Origin: Octopus vulgaris
Taxonomy: Eukaryota
Length of the DNA stretch: 64,000 bases
Reading direction: 5' to 3'
Assembly (NCBI GenBank): GCA_951406725.2
Contig: OX597818.1
Location: 5,580,001-5,644,000, forward strand
Under the pieces are notes generated by a model. It saw only the letters and a list, made by a program, of their open reading frames with translations, was not told where the DNA came from and did not search any database. Below are positions 14,344 through 28,519 of the stretch, piece by piece (the stretch's first letter is position 1; the number at the start of each line of letters is the position of its first letter). The position numbers and the translations under genes were made by a program.

Positions 14344-15221
14344 AAAAATATAGAATTTAGTTAAATTCAAAGGATTTATTTGTATAGTTTTCTTATTATC
14401 CAAAATCACAAAGAATATAAGTAGATAGACAAAAAACATGTTTCATCGACAACAAAATATAGTTGTAACTGAGATTTTTTCACATTGAGATTTTGTTGGA
14501 AAAATGCAGTGTTTGGAATGAGAAGTAAGCGGTTTACTGGAAGAAGGTTAAAATTATGTACAGTTGACGGAATCCATAAATATATAGGTAATACGGTCAC
14601 AATCCAATACATGCCTTTGGTTGACAAACGAGAGAATAATATGAGCAAAGATGAGGTTACTGAAATGTGTGAAAGTAAGGTAGATGATTAAAGGAAGATG
14701 TAATCTGGTGTGGAGGGAAAAGTCAATATAATTGTTGCAGGCAAATGACTAAACAAAATCGACGGAATTTGAACTCAGAAAGTAAAAAGTCGCAAGAAAT
14801 ACCTACTAAGCAGTTTGTTCAACCTGCATACGCTTCTACCACATCTCCACCTTGATTATAATAATCGTCCTTTCTACTACATGTATAATATGTGAAATTT
14901 TGGGTTGGGGTTAATGGATTATATCAACTCCAATACTCACATACTATTTATTTTATCGATCTTGAAATGAAGAAATGCCGGAGAAAATGCCGCTAAACAT
15001 TTCGTCCGACGTGCTAAGGAATCTGCCAGCAAACCACTTTGTCTGTTTCAACTTTTGACACTAGTTCAGCAATTTTGGAGGGGTTAGTCGATTGCCTCAA
15101 CTGCAATACTTCACTGGTACTTTGTCTCACTGAACTCAACAAAATGTAATAAAACCTACAGCTTTAACAGTCGTTAAGCATTTTCTCCGACATGCTACCG
15201 ATTAAGATTCTGCTTGATTGT

Positions 15222-15301
<80 letters not shown>

Positions 15302-15306
15302 TAATA

Positions 15307-15364
<58 letters not shown>

Positions 15365-15374
15365 GGATGATGAT

Positions 15375-15735
15375 TACGAGCAGAAGTAGAGGGGGACATC
15401 ATAGCTATCTGTTTAAAAGAATTCTTTGGAGTTTGAATTATTGACCTCTGGAAACACAGTTGAAGTAAATACACATGCATTTCCATCAACTTCCCTAAAA
15501 AATCCTTATTCAAAGATATTTTGAGCGGGATGTGCTACTCGAACTGAAATAATTTCTAGGTAGGCCCCATCTTCAAGTTTATGCGCTGTTATGAGATCAC
15601 CATATCGCGCACATATGGTTGTGATGCATGTGCCTAGTGCAACTTTATCAGACGAGTAGTCATGATGTGTATACTGGGCTTTGTACATTTTACCCCAGTG
15701 TCAGATTGATGACATGCACTGCTCTCACCCTCAAT
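15375..15735. mobile_element. diverged third copy of the 203-760 repeat
   Basis: cgagcagaagtag..ttttgagcgggatg..ttaccccagtgtca..ctcaataa; preceded by an AAT/GAT microsatellite. Confidence 0.75.
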
Positions 15736-15884
15736 AAAAAAATTATTATGATGATGACATCCACGAAGGATCAACAGGAGAAACCCTCCGGTAAAGTTAG
15801 GGTTTCATATTTCTCCCTTTCATCGCACCCGTGCAGCCAGGGAAATTAGGACCAGCTTTTCAGTAAGATTATGCATATATTGTT

Positions 15885-16277
15885 CCATCAGAATTGGAAG
15901 CACTCCGTCGGTTACGACGACGAGGGTTCCGGTTGATCCGATCAACGGAACAGCCTGCTCGTGAAATTAACGTGTAAGTGGCTGAGCACTCCACAGACAC
16001 GTGTACCCTTAACGCAGTTCTCGGGGATATTCAGCGTGACACAGAGAGTGACAAGGCCGGCCCTTTGAAATAGAGGTACAACAGAAACAGGATGTAAGAG
16101 TGAGAGAAAGTTGTGGTGAAAGAGTACAGCAGGGCTCACCACAATCCTTGCCGGAGTCTCGTGGAGCTTTAGGTGTTTTCGCTCAATAAACACTCACAAC
16201 GCCTGGTCTGGGAATTGAAACCGCGATCCTACGACCGCGAGTCCGGTGCCTTAACCACTGGGCCATTGCGCCTCCAC
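15885..16277 (-). mobile_element. tRNA-derived SINE
   Basis: Minus strand starts ggaggcgcaatggcccagtggttaaggcaccggactcgcggtcgtaggatcgcggtttcaattccc, with A- and B-box-like motifs. Confidence 0.8.
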
Positions 16278-16689
16278 TTACAGAATTACTGTAACACTTA
16301 AAGTTCATTGTGAGACGCTACGGATGTGCAGATGGAACTTTCAGGAACATGGTGCTATAGCTCATATTTATTTAGTGGCCTCCTCACCACTACGCACGAA
16401 GAACGGATGGTCAGTATATAACAAAAGAGATGCATTGGTTTCTTCGTACGTTTGTGAATGTAGCATGTACGCAGTCATGTGACAATGCATGCGATTGTAT
16501 ATCAATTGATGCACGCGTGCATACGTTATCTGTTCATTAGCCCACAAAGCCTACACATAGATACACATGTATGTATACATATGTGTGCTTACTTCTGTCT
16601 GTCTGTCTCTCTTTTTCTCTCTCTCTTTATGTATGTATGAGGGCTTACAAATATTTAATGTCATACACAACACACTCCACCCATATATC

Positions 16690-17660
16690 AAATTCACGAC
16701 TAGAAACCAATCGCAATGAATTGCCATTCCTGGATATTCACATAAAAGTGCTCAACTCCACAGTAACAACAGACGTATTTTAGAAAGGAAAAAAAAAGGA
16801 CACCTACCAGTATTTGCATTTCAACTCTTGCCATCCTTCACACATTAAAAGGATTATCCAGTATAGTATGTTAAGTCGTATCTGTACTATAGTAAGTGAC
16901 CCGGAAATACCTCAAATCTGATTTAATAAGCTCAAAGCCTTCCTGACAAAACGGAATTACCCCTTAGAATTAATGAACGATAGAATTAAAAAGGCAGAGA
17001 AGCCGAACATTACACAACTAAGGACACTAAAGGAAAAAAATAATGAACACACGATTCTGTTTATCAATACGCACATTCCTGGAGTAACCATTATTTTTCA
17101 CTCCATAGATTCAAACTTCTACAAAGATTCTACAAAACCGCAAAATAAAAAATATGACTGATGAAAACTTCTTACGAAACAGTAGAAGCCAACCAAAAAA
17201 AATCCCCAAAATCAGTTCACAAAGGGAAAAATCACTGCAGAGAATGAATCAGAATTCTGAGTAAAAGACTGAGGAGACTGTAGATGTGGAACATGGAACA
17301 ACAACAACAGCTTCAAAATTAAGAAAGTGATTTCTGCAAAATATTCAAGAGTGCATTCTCGTTCACAGTAAATGCAGATATGAATTGCAAGACATAGAAT
17401 CTCATATACTGTATTACTTTCCCCAGTTACAAGGAAAAATTATATTGGAGAAACGAACAATTCCCTTTGCCAACGTGCAAGAATCCACAGACGACACATC
17501 CGACAAGACAAACTACGCAATATTCCACTGAGCAAGGCTCTACAAATATGCGGGGAAGTTCAAAATCCCTTTCTGCAAATGTTCAGGAGATGACCCAAAT
17601 TTCCGAAAGGCAAAAGAGATACATTTCATCAAAAAAATTTCCAAAATTAATTGTTTGAAA
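16690..17660 (+). mobile_element. decayed Penelope-like element 3' part (RT thumb + GIY-YIG)
   Basis: NELPFLDIHIKV..TTDVF, YQYLHFNSCHPSHIKRII, NLIYCITF..YIGETNN. Confidence 0.8.
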
Positions 17661-17901
17661 GAGACGCAGATGAACAGCATTTTGTAAAAAAAAAACTGGA
17701 AAGAGAAACAGAGACAATATGTCTGTGTGTATGAACACTCCTTCAAATTAAACAAATTATGAACTTTACATAGCTAGGTGACATAGACGCTGTGTCGATC
17801 TAATATGACTGGGACAAATAAAGCTAGTATGTGAATACTTCAATGAACGCTGTATTGCTGTCTAAAAATATCCACATACCATGTAAGGTGACATCAATGT
17901 A

Positions 17902-18801
17902 CGAGATCTCATCAATAATTATCCGGACTGGTCTTATAAAAGCAAAACTGAATGTACCAGTTTGGCATTTAATTTCCTTCGAAGTAGTCTACTTCAGAAG
18001 TCACATATTTATTCCAGTGTTGTTTCCATTGATGGACGCATTCCTGGAACTTGTTATCTGGGATAATCAGCAGTTGTCTCGTTGCATTCATTTGGATTTC
18101 CTCGACGTCCTGCAATCTTCTTCCTTTCAATCGGGGTTTGAGTTTTGGAAAACGGAAAAAGTCGCAAGGGATGAGATCTGGGGAATGTGGTGGTGGCCGT
18201 ACCTGGGGAATGTTGTGCCTAGCCAAAAGCTGTAGCAGAAGCTACACTGAATGAGCAGGTGCGTACTCAACTGAAAAGAGTTTTGGCACAAGCTTAGCAG
18301 GCACGCGTCTCATACCGAAATCTTCTGTGATAATCAATTGTACTGAACTGTAACTAATCTGCACATCCTCTGATAACTAGCGGTTGGTGATACGACGATT
18401 TTCTCACACAGATGCACGCACATCTGCAATGTTTTTCTCAGATCTGCTGGTTGCAGGTCTCCTAGAGCCTTAGTCACTATCGACATATGTTCGGCTCATA
18501 CACCCCTATCAAAAGACTTTCTGCAACGTTGCATAAGCCTCTGAGCATGTATCGTCAAGCTTTTGGCAAAAGTTTATGCAGATTCTCAGCTCAGCTTTCT
18601 ATGTCACGGTCAATGCGACGATCACATGCTACACACGTTCCTTCCAAGAACTGCTGTAAACAGCGGAAGTGGGATGGAATTTTAAATCTTAGTGCGCATG
18701 CATAGCAAAGTGCAAGGCCAATCTGTGCCAAGCGGCTTTACTGCACATATTTTAGCTTCGTTACTATAGCAACAGTCTGTATACTTATTGATCATACCAA
18801 G
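17902..18801 (-). mobile_element. mariner transposon, internally deleted
   Basis: TA-flanked imperfect TIRs. Transposase end reads PPHSPDLIPCDFFRFPKLKPRLKGRR..WNKYVTSEVDYFEG. Confidence 0.85.
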
Positions 18802-20350
18802 TATGCTAGATGGTTTTGGTGTTTGTCAGGAGAGCTTCTTCATGGACATTTTATTTTATTTTATTTTATTAATAGTAATGCTGATGGATGAAGAGAAAAC
18901 ATATATATTACACCGTTACTATTGTTTCTGGATGTAGTTCCCATGTTAATAATGTGATACTCATCTCTATTTATGCTAACAAAATGAATGGTCAGATATA
19001 TGTGTAACATTGGGATTGTAGCAACTGTTGATCTTATAGACTCACAATACTTACATATACCCGGAAAAAAATACTAGAGCCATTTTACCACTGATTAAGA
19101 AGAATATCTAATACAGCAACTTGGTAAAGTAATACATCTAAATATATTGCTTTTGTATTATCTTATCGAAGCAATCAAGAAAAATATATTCCATTTGATG
19201 AATGATACTGAAAAATATATCTAAGTAGATCCTGCTTTGTTATATAATCTATATCTGACAGAGTGGTTTCCAGCTAAATATATAATGTACATTTTATTAC
19301 ACAACTCATACATGATGCTTAATTAAATGTACATAGGGAATAGATTGAATTATAAACAGTACTGTAGTCAAATTATTATTATATTCTGACTTTAGTTTCC
19401 TAATTTATCGATGTCGTACTAATATTTAGTGTTTGTGTAAAACATGGAATTACACAGAATATGGGATTTGACTCTACAGCTATTTTTCTTGGACTTTGAA
19501 CCCCCCTTTTTTTGATACATTTTTTCTTTTTCCTCTTTTATCCCTTCCTACTTCCTAAAATTGACATCTTGGAAGGTCATTTAGCCACTACCTCTAACTA
19601 TGAGAAAATGTGTATGCTTCAAATAGGTTGATGAATATACAATGAGAAAGGAAAAAAGGAGGAAAAAAAAGAAAAATATGATTTGTAAATAAATTTTAAT
19701 AGGTTGGCCACACCAAATTGAGAAGAAACCTCTCTCTCTTTTTGCTTTTCTTCCTCTTTCTCGATAGTCCTACTCTCTATCTCTCCCTCTTTCTCTTTTT
19801 CTTCAAAAAGGAAATGTTCTCGCCTTCTGCAAAAAACCCTCACTCTCTGTCCATTTTTCCATTTTGGTTTTCTTTCTTGATTGTCCTGTTCCCTATCTTT
19901 CTTTTTTTTCTCCCTTTCTCCGAAAAACAAAAAAGCAATCTCCTCTTCTAAACAAGACAAAAGCATCTGATTCACATATAAAAATAGGAATCGTTCTGTT
20001 TATATTATTCTAGTTTTTTTAACTTTTGTCTTGGAGAGTTCTGTTAAACGAACGAAAGCTCCAATAAAGAATTATACAATAAATTTGACTGCTTCGTTTT
20101 TTTTTTTAATATACAGTCTGTACACCATTTCAAACACTTTATGCATACACACACGCATACACACACGCGCATACACACACGCGCGCATACACACACGCGC
20201 GCATACACACACGCGCGCATACACACACATATATTTATAGGGATGGATAAACATGCAATTAACCACTGTATTTTCTGTAAATACCTAATATGTCAGAGAA
20301 AAACTTTTCACAACTCAAAAGAGTGTATATTCAATATACAAAAATTAAAA

Positions 20351-20975
20351 GGCGGTGAGATGGCAGAAAATTTAAGACGCCGAGCGAAATGCTTAGCGGT
20401 ATTTCACCTGCCACTACATTCTGAGTTCAAATTCAGCCTAGGTCGACTTTGCCTTTCATCATTCAGGGGTCGATTAAATAAGTACCAGTTACGCACTGGG
20501 GTCAATATATTCAACTTAATCCGTTTGTCTGTCCTTGTTTGTCCTCTCTGTCTTTAGCCTCTTATGGGTAGTGAAGAAATAGGCATTTCGTCTGTCTTTA
20601 CGTGCTGAATTCAAAACTCGACTTTACCTTTCAACCTTTCGGGGTCGATAAATTAAGTACCAGTCGCATACTGGGGTCGATCTAATCGACTGCCCTCGCC
20701 CACAAAATTTCGGGTCTTCTGCCTAGAGTAGAAAAGAATATAAAAAAATTAAAATGTGGTGAGCTGGCAGAAACGTTAGCACGCCGGGCGAAATGCTTTG
20801 TGTTATTTCATCTGTTTTTACGTCCCAAGTTCAAATTCCGCCGAGCTCACTTTGCCTTTCATCCTTTCGAGGTCGATAAATTAAGTACCAGTTATGTACT
20901 GGGGTCGGTCTAAACAACTGACCTCTCCTTCAAAATTTCGAGCCTTGTGCCTAGAATAGAAAAGAATATACAAAA
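20351..20975 (+). mobile_element. tandem cluster of tRNA-derived SINEs (three partial/full units)
   Basis: The unit ggcggtgagatggcagaa..gagttcaaattc..gcctttcatc..ggggtcgataaattaagtaccag recurs at ~20351, ~20585 and ~20757. Confidence 0.8.
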
Positions 20976-21012
20976 CTTTAAAAGAAAATGGATATTTACG
21001 CTAGATATATTT

Positions 21013-21780
21013 TAAATATAATTTATTAACATAATATTATATTACAATAAATATAATGATTTAGTAACATAATATTATTTGACAATAAATATAATAATTT
21101 ATTAGCATAAAATTTTATTACAATAACTATAGTAATTCATTAACATGATATTATACTACAATAACTATAATAATTTATTAACATAGATGTCTTGCAAACA
21201 ACTTGCACATGCAAGTGCTACCAGTCAAAAACTCGCATACTAGAAGCCAGCAATTGTATGGGGTCATCAGGAGAGATTGTGCGCCATTTCGGGGCCTACC
21301 TGTCTACGGCATCAATGCGCACCGGCCACCTCACTGATATGAGGCCCCGCTTGCTAGATCAACTGGTTATCAAATAAAGCTCAATATTCTTCTAGCCATT
21401 GCTCATCGTCCCTTTTTAACCAAATCCAGTGGCTAGCTTTCTCCACTGTAGTTTCGATATCGGCCATGGTGGTATTGACTTTACGATGAGTTAGGCCTAA
21501 CGAAAACAACAGTCGTCTCACACTGTGTCCAACAAACGCTGTACATCCAACTTCGATTGGAAAAAGCTCCGCTTTCCAACATGGGTCTTCACATTCCCCG
21601 AGGAGGTTTACATAACGGTCAGTCTTTATTAAATGATAATTATTTATTAGCATAATATTATATTGCAATAAATATAATAATTTATTAACATAATATTATA
21701 ATACAATAAATATAATAATGTATTACAATAATATTATAATGCAATAAATATAATAACGTATTACAATAAATATAATATGA
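21013..21780. repeat. AT-rich ~36-37 bp minisatellite interrupted by a LINE fragment
   Basis: Unit ~taaatataataatttattaacataatattatattacaa at 21013-21183 and 21628-21780. Confidence 0.7.
21186..21627 (-). mobile_element. 3' end of RLE non-LTR retrotransposon (R2/Hero-like)
   Basis: KTDRYVNLLGEC..WKAELFPIEVGCTAFVGHS..EKASHWIWLKRD, followed by a GC-richer 3' UTR. Confidence 0.8.
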
Positions 21781-21856
21781 ATAGAAACGCAAATATTGAC
21801 ACTAGAAATTATATTGTAGGTTATGTATTTTATATCATGTATTGATTCAAAATTTA

Positions 21857-21898
<42 letters not shown>

Positions 21899-22740
21899 AA
21901 ATAATGAGGGAGATAAATTGAATATTAATTTAATTAATATTAATTTAAAACCAGTAGCCTAGCATATAAAAATCTGTAAAATCTTTAATAGACGAAACCG
22001 GTATATGATAAATTCTTGATTTTTATATAATTTTCATCTGCCTTGCCCGCCTACTGTTCAGGTGTCCGCTGAAATTTACTCTAGAGAACATTCTTTCTTT
22101 GTAGTTTGATCGTATGTGATCTATTTCTAGCATATGGCTGTCCACATAGTGGTTTTTAGCCCTATATATATATATATATAGACCGCGACCCGTTCACTGA
22201 CAAAGCTACGTGCTGCATCTGAGAAAGTAACTGTTAGTTCATGATATATATGTACGTATGTATGTGTGTGTGTATGTATGTATGTATGTATGTATGTATG
22301 TATGTATGTATATATGTATGCATGCATGTGAGTGTGTAGACGTGTATGTGTGTTTGTACATGTGTATGTATATGTGAACGTATGTTTATGTAATATGTGT
22401 CAGTTCAATTTCTATACATGACTGTTACCTTGTTGAAGGTTGTATATATGTATACACACATATACATTTATATAGACACACACGCACACATATATATGTG
22501 TGTGTGCGTTTGTGCGTTTATCTCTCTCTCACCACCGTCTAACGGTGAATGGATACAACGTCTTAGATACATATATGCATATATAACCTTATACACATAT
22601 ACAAGTACACACAATCATATAGACACACATACTCACAAACATAAGTATAATCATAAAGTATAGACTCATTTACGCTCATCCATCTCTACATACATACATA
22701 CATACACACATACGCACATATACACACATACATACATATA

Positions 22741-23160
22741 CTCTTTTACTCTTTTACTTATTTCAGTCATTTGACTGCGGCCATGCTGTAGCACCGCCTT
22801 TAGTCGATCAAATCGACCCCGGGACTTATTCTTTGTAAGCCCAGTACTTATTCTATCGGTTCTCTTTTGCCGAACCGCTAGGTGACGGGGACATAAACAC
22901 ACCAACATCGGTTGTCAAGCAATGCTAGGGAAACAAACACAGACACACAAACACACACGCACATACATATATATACTCTTTACTTTATACATATATACGA
23001 CGGGCTTCTTTCAGTTTCCGTCTACCAATTCCACTCACAAGGCTTTGGTCGGCCCGAGGCTATAGTAGAAGACACTTGCCCAAGGTGCCACGCAGTGGGA
23101 CTGAACCCAGAACTATGTGGTTGGTAAGCAAGCTACTTACCACACAGCCACTCCTGCGCC
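22741..23160 (-). mobile_element. tRNA-derived composite SINE
   Basis: Minus strand ggcgcaggagtggctgtgtggtaag..gggttcagtcccactgcgtggcacc, an internal microsatellite and a tail of agtaaaag repeats. Related copies at 31062-31350, 41915-42115 and 60288-60428. Confidence 0.85.
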
Positions 23161-23300
23161 TATATATATATATATATATTTATACATACACACACACACA
23201 CCTATATGCATATATACGACACTCTATTCTGGGACAACGGTTAAAATCCAAACTTGCTTTATTTTAATCTATTTATCTTTTTTTTCTATTTTTTTTTACA

Positions 23301-23336
<36 letters not shown>

Positions 23337-23559
23337 CACATACTCATAAGTGCATGCATGTACATACTTATACACTAACATACACAACACACAACACATA
23401 CACACACGTATACACACATATACATCTACACATTCGTACATACATGTCAAACAATGTACGCTCGTACGGTTATATTTAACTGCATATATGTATTTTAGTA
23501 CCAAGCATTTCAATATGTATGCATGGATTATTATGTGTAAATGAGAGAGAGAGTGAGGG

Positions 23560-24660
23560 GTGGTTATAGAATGGCACTCCCGAATGGAATCTAAATGTTA
23601 CAACATTCGGATTTTCGGTTTGTATTCCTGTATACAAACAGCTTCAGTGAACTGTTTCAGCATTGTATCAGTGGGATGTGTAGATAAGATGTTTAATTTA
23701 AATCTCCCTGAGGAGCCCTTGTGGCAGTCTACAGCATGCTGATAGAAGATGGAGTTTTGTTTCTTTTCAATGTAGTTGTCCAGGTGTTCTTCGAACCTAT
23801 CATTGATATTCCTAGAAGTCTCACCTATGTATGACTCTGGGTTAGTCGCGCAAGCTCCTTCTTCGCACTTAATTTGGTGTACAGTGCTCTTGGTTTTGCA
23901 GTTCACATGTGGGTTTGTAGAACATACCGCACACTACACAATACAGATTTCATAGCCCTATCTGTCTTTTCTACAACCTTGATCTTAAGGGCAGTTTTGT
24001 GCAGAATTTTCTTCAATGCCTTACACAATTCTTTCTTAGGTGTGGCGTCAACAAACATTACACAGTGAAATTTTTTGTTATCATACCAAGTATTGGTTTT
24101 ATTTCTCTTGTTGATGTCTCTCTCTAACCTATTCCAGAATTTGTTGCGGTATAGGGGGCATGTACCGTTTTCGTCATTACTTAGAATGCGTTGGAATCTT
24201 GTTTTCGCTCCTTTGTACACTCTGATTCTGTCATATTGTGTGTATCCGGAGCGTTGCATTCGGAATATGAAGTGCTGGATGTGTTGTTGTCGTTCTTGTG
24301 GTTGGCATAGTGGAGATACATTCCTCATTACTCTAACTAAGTTTGCCACCAGGATGTTGAGCTTGGCAGTACTCAACATCGCTGAGTCACTATGAATTAC
24401 CAGTGGATTAGCTATAGGTTTACAATAGTGTGAGTGGAGTATACAGGGTTTAACAGTTCCGTTAACAATAGTATTTTTCATCCACAGCTCAGTATCTAGG
24501 ACAGGTAATCTATTACTGGGGTGTTTAGAGGGGTAGTCCACGGTAACTTTTATACTGCTATGAATAGAGTCAGGTATGTGTTGTATAGCAGTCATCACCT
24601 CTTCTTCATTTAGTGGAGAGTCGATCTTTAAATGTTGAAGTGAATCTAACGGTTTTGTGT
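23560..24660 (-). mobile_element. Penelope-like element 3' part (RT thumb + GIY-YIG), possibly Naiad-like
   Basis: RLPVLDTELWM..HSHYCKPIANPLVIHSDSAM..RMQRSGY; SYIGETSRNINDRFEEH; one deletion/frameshift near 23905. Confidence 0.85.
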
Positions 24661-24774
24661 GTTTTTTAAATGGCTTATAAACACCTTCCACGCTGCAATT
24701 ATACATATATTGATAAAAATGGTAAGACAACAAAAGAAAGAAAGAAACCTCGATATTATGTAAATAGAGGAATT

Positions 24775-25479
24775 TATCTGTAAATGCAATAGGTGACAAT
24801 TATTTGGTAGCCATGATAAAACTCCGAGTTTCGGATGCCGAGGTGGAAATCTACGCCGATATCTTTACAGTTACTCGGCCATCGGAAAAATGCTATGTAA
24901 AATGACCGTTATACAAAGGAAAATTACTGTGTGATTGACCGTTATTTAGACAAAAAAGCTATTTGAATGACCGCTAAGTAAGGGGAGGATGTAAAAGTAA
25001 GGGGGTAAAGAGTTCATAGTATTCGCGTAAGCGCGCATGTTCATACCTAAACATGCGCGCCCGCACACCCACGTGCGTGCGTCTAAAAGTATACATTCAT
25101 TATTGTATGTATACATTTATACATTTGGCGAATGGTGCGAGCGAGAATATGTACATTTTCAAGTTAGGATGGATGAATGTCTACTCTTAGACACACGTGC
25201 GTGTGCGGGCGCGCATGTTTAGGTATGAACATGGGCGCTTACGTGAATACTATGAGCTCTTTGCCCCTTACTTTTACTTACTTAGCGGTCATTCAAATAG
25301 CTCTTTTGTCTTAATAACGGTCAATCACACAGTAATTTCCCTTTGTATAACGGTCATTTTACATAGCTTTTTTCTGATAGCCAGATAACTGGAGAGATGG
25401 CGACATGGATTTCCACCTCGGCATCCGAAACTCGGAGTTTTATCATGGCTACTGAATAATTGTCACATATTACATTTAC

Positions 25480-25485
<6 letters not shown>
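24775..25485. repeat. ~320 bp inverted repeat pair with ~70 bp spacer (foldback/MITE-like)
   Basis: 24775-25100 is the reverse complement of 25173-25485, e.g. gtagccatgataaaactccgagtttcggatgccgaggtggaaat versus its complement. Confidence 0.9.
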
Positions 25486-25538
<53 letters not shown>

Positions 25539-25786
25539 AGTGTGTGTGTGAGTGTGTGTGTTTATGGGTGTGTATGGGTGTGTCTATATTTCTACGTATA
25601 AATATGTATGTGTATCTATATATATGTATGTATGTATGTATGTATCTGTATACATGGGATAAAAACTGAGTAAATTTTAAAATATTGATATACATTATAT
25701 ACAATTAAATTTTTTTTTATTTGTATTTATTTCTCTTATTTTAATATTATTTCATAAATAGATGAGCGATCGATAGAGCTCCTCTG

Positions 25787-26370
25787 TTTACCCAAGCCAT
25801 GGCGGAGGCAGTCTATCTAAGAGAAATTAACTCTGAATTTAAATACTTCACTGGTGTCTTGTAGTTAGCCTTTAGTTGGGAAAAGACTAGGAGAAGGACA
25901 CTCTGATATAAAACCTGCGACTGCAAATGCACCCAATGATGTCAGCTGGCTTTTCTTTTTGGATCATGCTTTGTAGTTTAGAGAGTGGGAATGGTTGCTG
26001 TGCAAAACTTTTCCTCACTTTAAAAAGTGTCAAGCACAGGTATTGCTGGAGAGGGAAAATAAATGGACATCTTGTATGCACATGGTTGGCCGAAGCTTTA
26101 AAAGGCACACTTAAACAATAAAAGTTCATATTGAAAATTCATAACAGAACGTGTGTAAAATGTGGACGGGGGTGCTTCTCAGCTGGAAGGCTAAACATAC
26201 ATGTTAAGAGAATGCATATGGTGGAACCTTTGCTCCTGTCAGCCAGCACAGTTGTCTAGTATGTAATAAAATGTGTAAAACCTTGACCGGGCTTAAAAGA
26301 CATATAAGGGCATCACATGGAAACTATCTTCTTGGCAATGTCTTTTCTCGTGTAACGAGGATGCAACTGT
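25787..26370 (+). mobile_element. decayed LINE 3' fragment with C2H2-like zinc fingers
   Basis: Reads TCVKCGRGCFSAGRLNIHVKRMH and [23 protein letters not shown] 15-bp direct repeat gatagagctcctctg at 25772 and 26690 may be the TSD. Confidence 0.55.
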
Positions 26371-26399
26371 CACTTGTATACATATCTATATGTGGGTAA

Positions 26400-26512
<113 letters not shown>

Positions 26513-26703
26513 CATGTATTATTATTTAGTAAACTAAGGCGACGGAATGGCAGGTTCGGATTCTGCAGAGGTCGGCTTTGCATTTCATCATTTAGCGGTC
26601 GATAAATTAAGTGCCCGTGGAGTACTGGTGTTGATGAGATACACTTACCCCCTCACCCCATGGCGAATCGTGTATATATATGAAGGGTAGATAGAGCTCC
26701 TCT

Positions 26704-26891
26704 GGTACTACTTAAATACAGAAATACTACTTAAATAAAGGTATTACGTACAAAGAATTTTAAATGTACATTGTGTGGATGTATAATGACATCCTAGCCC
26801 AAACCCTAAAACTAATCCTAACCCTAAAAATTAACCACCCCCTTCATATCATTATGTAGACGCATCGGTAGCTCTGTATTTAAGTAGTGCC
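26704..26891. mobile_element. short MITE-like element with internal ccctaa-like repeats
   Basis: Terminal inverted repeats ggtactacttaaatacaga / tctgtatttaagtagtgcc. Confidence 0.6.
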
Positions 26892-27009
26892 GTGAAAACG
26901 AACGGCTTATGTGTGTTCTTGAATGGCTTACAAACAGCTTCCTCGCTGCAATTTTTTCAGTACCCGGTTTCAGATCAATCATTTATATATATATATATGT
27001 GTGTGTGTA

Positions 27010-27083
<74 letters not shown>

Positions 27084-27127
27084 TATATGTATATGTATGT
27101 GTATATCTATGTATATATGTTTATTTA

Positions 27128-28271
27128 CAGGTGTTGAACAAAATAATGAAAACACTTTCAAATTTCAAACAAATTTATTTTACTTTGGAGTAGGACCGCC
27201 TTTGGCAGTAATTACAGCCTAAATGGACTCCTATGAAGTTTGAATTGTTTCCTAAGGAACTTTTATCCATTCGTCAGCTAAAATAGTCTCCAGTTATTGT
27301 AGTGATAATGCTGAGGGTATCGATTCATTACTTCATTTTCTAAAACGCACCATAACTTCAATAATATTGAGATCTATGGACTGTAGTGGCCAGATATGCT
27401 GTTCAACTTCACTAGAATGTCCCTCGTGCCATTCAGTAACAACTTTAGCTGTGTGAATTGGTGCATTATCATCCTGACAGTTCCGCAAACATAGGATGTA
27501 TTTGATATCAGATAAAATGGTTAAATAGTCTTGACAATTAATTCTGCCATGAAGGGAAATCATTGGACCGTCGGATTTCCAAGTTAGAGCCCCCCACCCC
27601 GATCATCACAGCTTGTCCCGCATACTTAACAGTTAGAAGAATGCAGCCTTGGTCAAACGCTTCTTTTGTCTGTCTCCACACGTATACTCGGTCGTTGGTA
27701 GGAAATAAGGTAAAGGATGACTCGCCCGAGAAGATAACATTCTTCCACTGCTTTAGGGATCAATTCTGTAGGTTTTTACTCCACTCTAAACGCCTTGCAA
27801 CGTTTATTTTTGAAAGTAGTGGTTTTCTTATTGCAGCCCTCCCGTGAAATCCGGCTTTGTGAAACGCCCAGCGAACAGTTTTTGTGGAAACTGTGTTCAC
27901 TAGTTGGTCATGAAGATCTGCAGTAATTTTGGGAGTTGTACTTTTGTAATCAGTTCTAACAATTCGCGTAAGAGCCCGACTTTCAAAACAGTACTTCTTG
28001 ACACACCAAACGTTTCGGCTGTTTTCGTTACGCTGGCGCCTGCCATACGAGTACCAACAATTGAAAGTCCGATAGATCTGTCATGTTAATGAATTTTAAT
28101 TACCTTTTTCTGATGATATCTGAAAGGAAACAGCAATTTTAGCAAAACATATTAAGCACTACTGACCATAAAAAACAACATAAAAATAAACAAGCTTTTG
28201 ACGGTTTTATAGATATTTCAAAATGATGGTGCTACGACGCTAGGTATTTCCATTATTTTGTCAACCCTCTG
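27128..28271 (-). mobile_element. decayed Tc1-like transposon
   Basis: TA-flanked TIRs caggtgttgaacaaaataatgaaa / tttccattattttgtcaaccctctg. Transposase reads QDDNAPIHTAK..WPLQSIDLNIIE (DD34E type). Confidence 0.85.
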
Positions 28272-28519
28272 TAGATTTATGTCTATATGCGTATGTGTAT
28301 ATGTGTATTTTTGTGTAGATGTGCATGTGTATATATATGCACTTGTGTGTATATCTCTATATATATAGTTGAATTCATATACATGTTGCATAATAGATAG
28401 TTACTTAATTAAGAAATATAAATCATTACATAAATAAATTGATTAGAAATCAAATAATAAAAATATATGATTAATTTATACATTTATATATTTATATGTA
28501 TATATATATATGTATATGT

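Noticed and set aside
16200-16277. tRNA-like sequence
   Set aside because: It is the head of a SINE and continues into the SINE body, so it is not a standalone tRNA gene.
17770-17812. hairpin gacatag-acg-ctgtgtc downstream of the 16.7-17.7 kb PLE
   Set aside because: The position suits a hammerhead, but both core boxes are too degenerate to call.
21013-21780. ~36 bp repeats as a CRISPR-like array
   Set aside because: The units are contiguous degenerate AT-rich tandem repeats with no unique spacers.
23880-23950. in-frame TGA in the PLE linker as possible selenocysteine (known in some Naiad PLEs)
   Set aside because: The TGA results from a deletion/frameshift; the other frame reads CAVCSTNPHVNCK with ordinary Cys codons.
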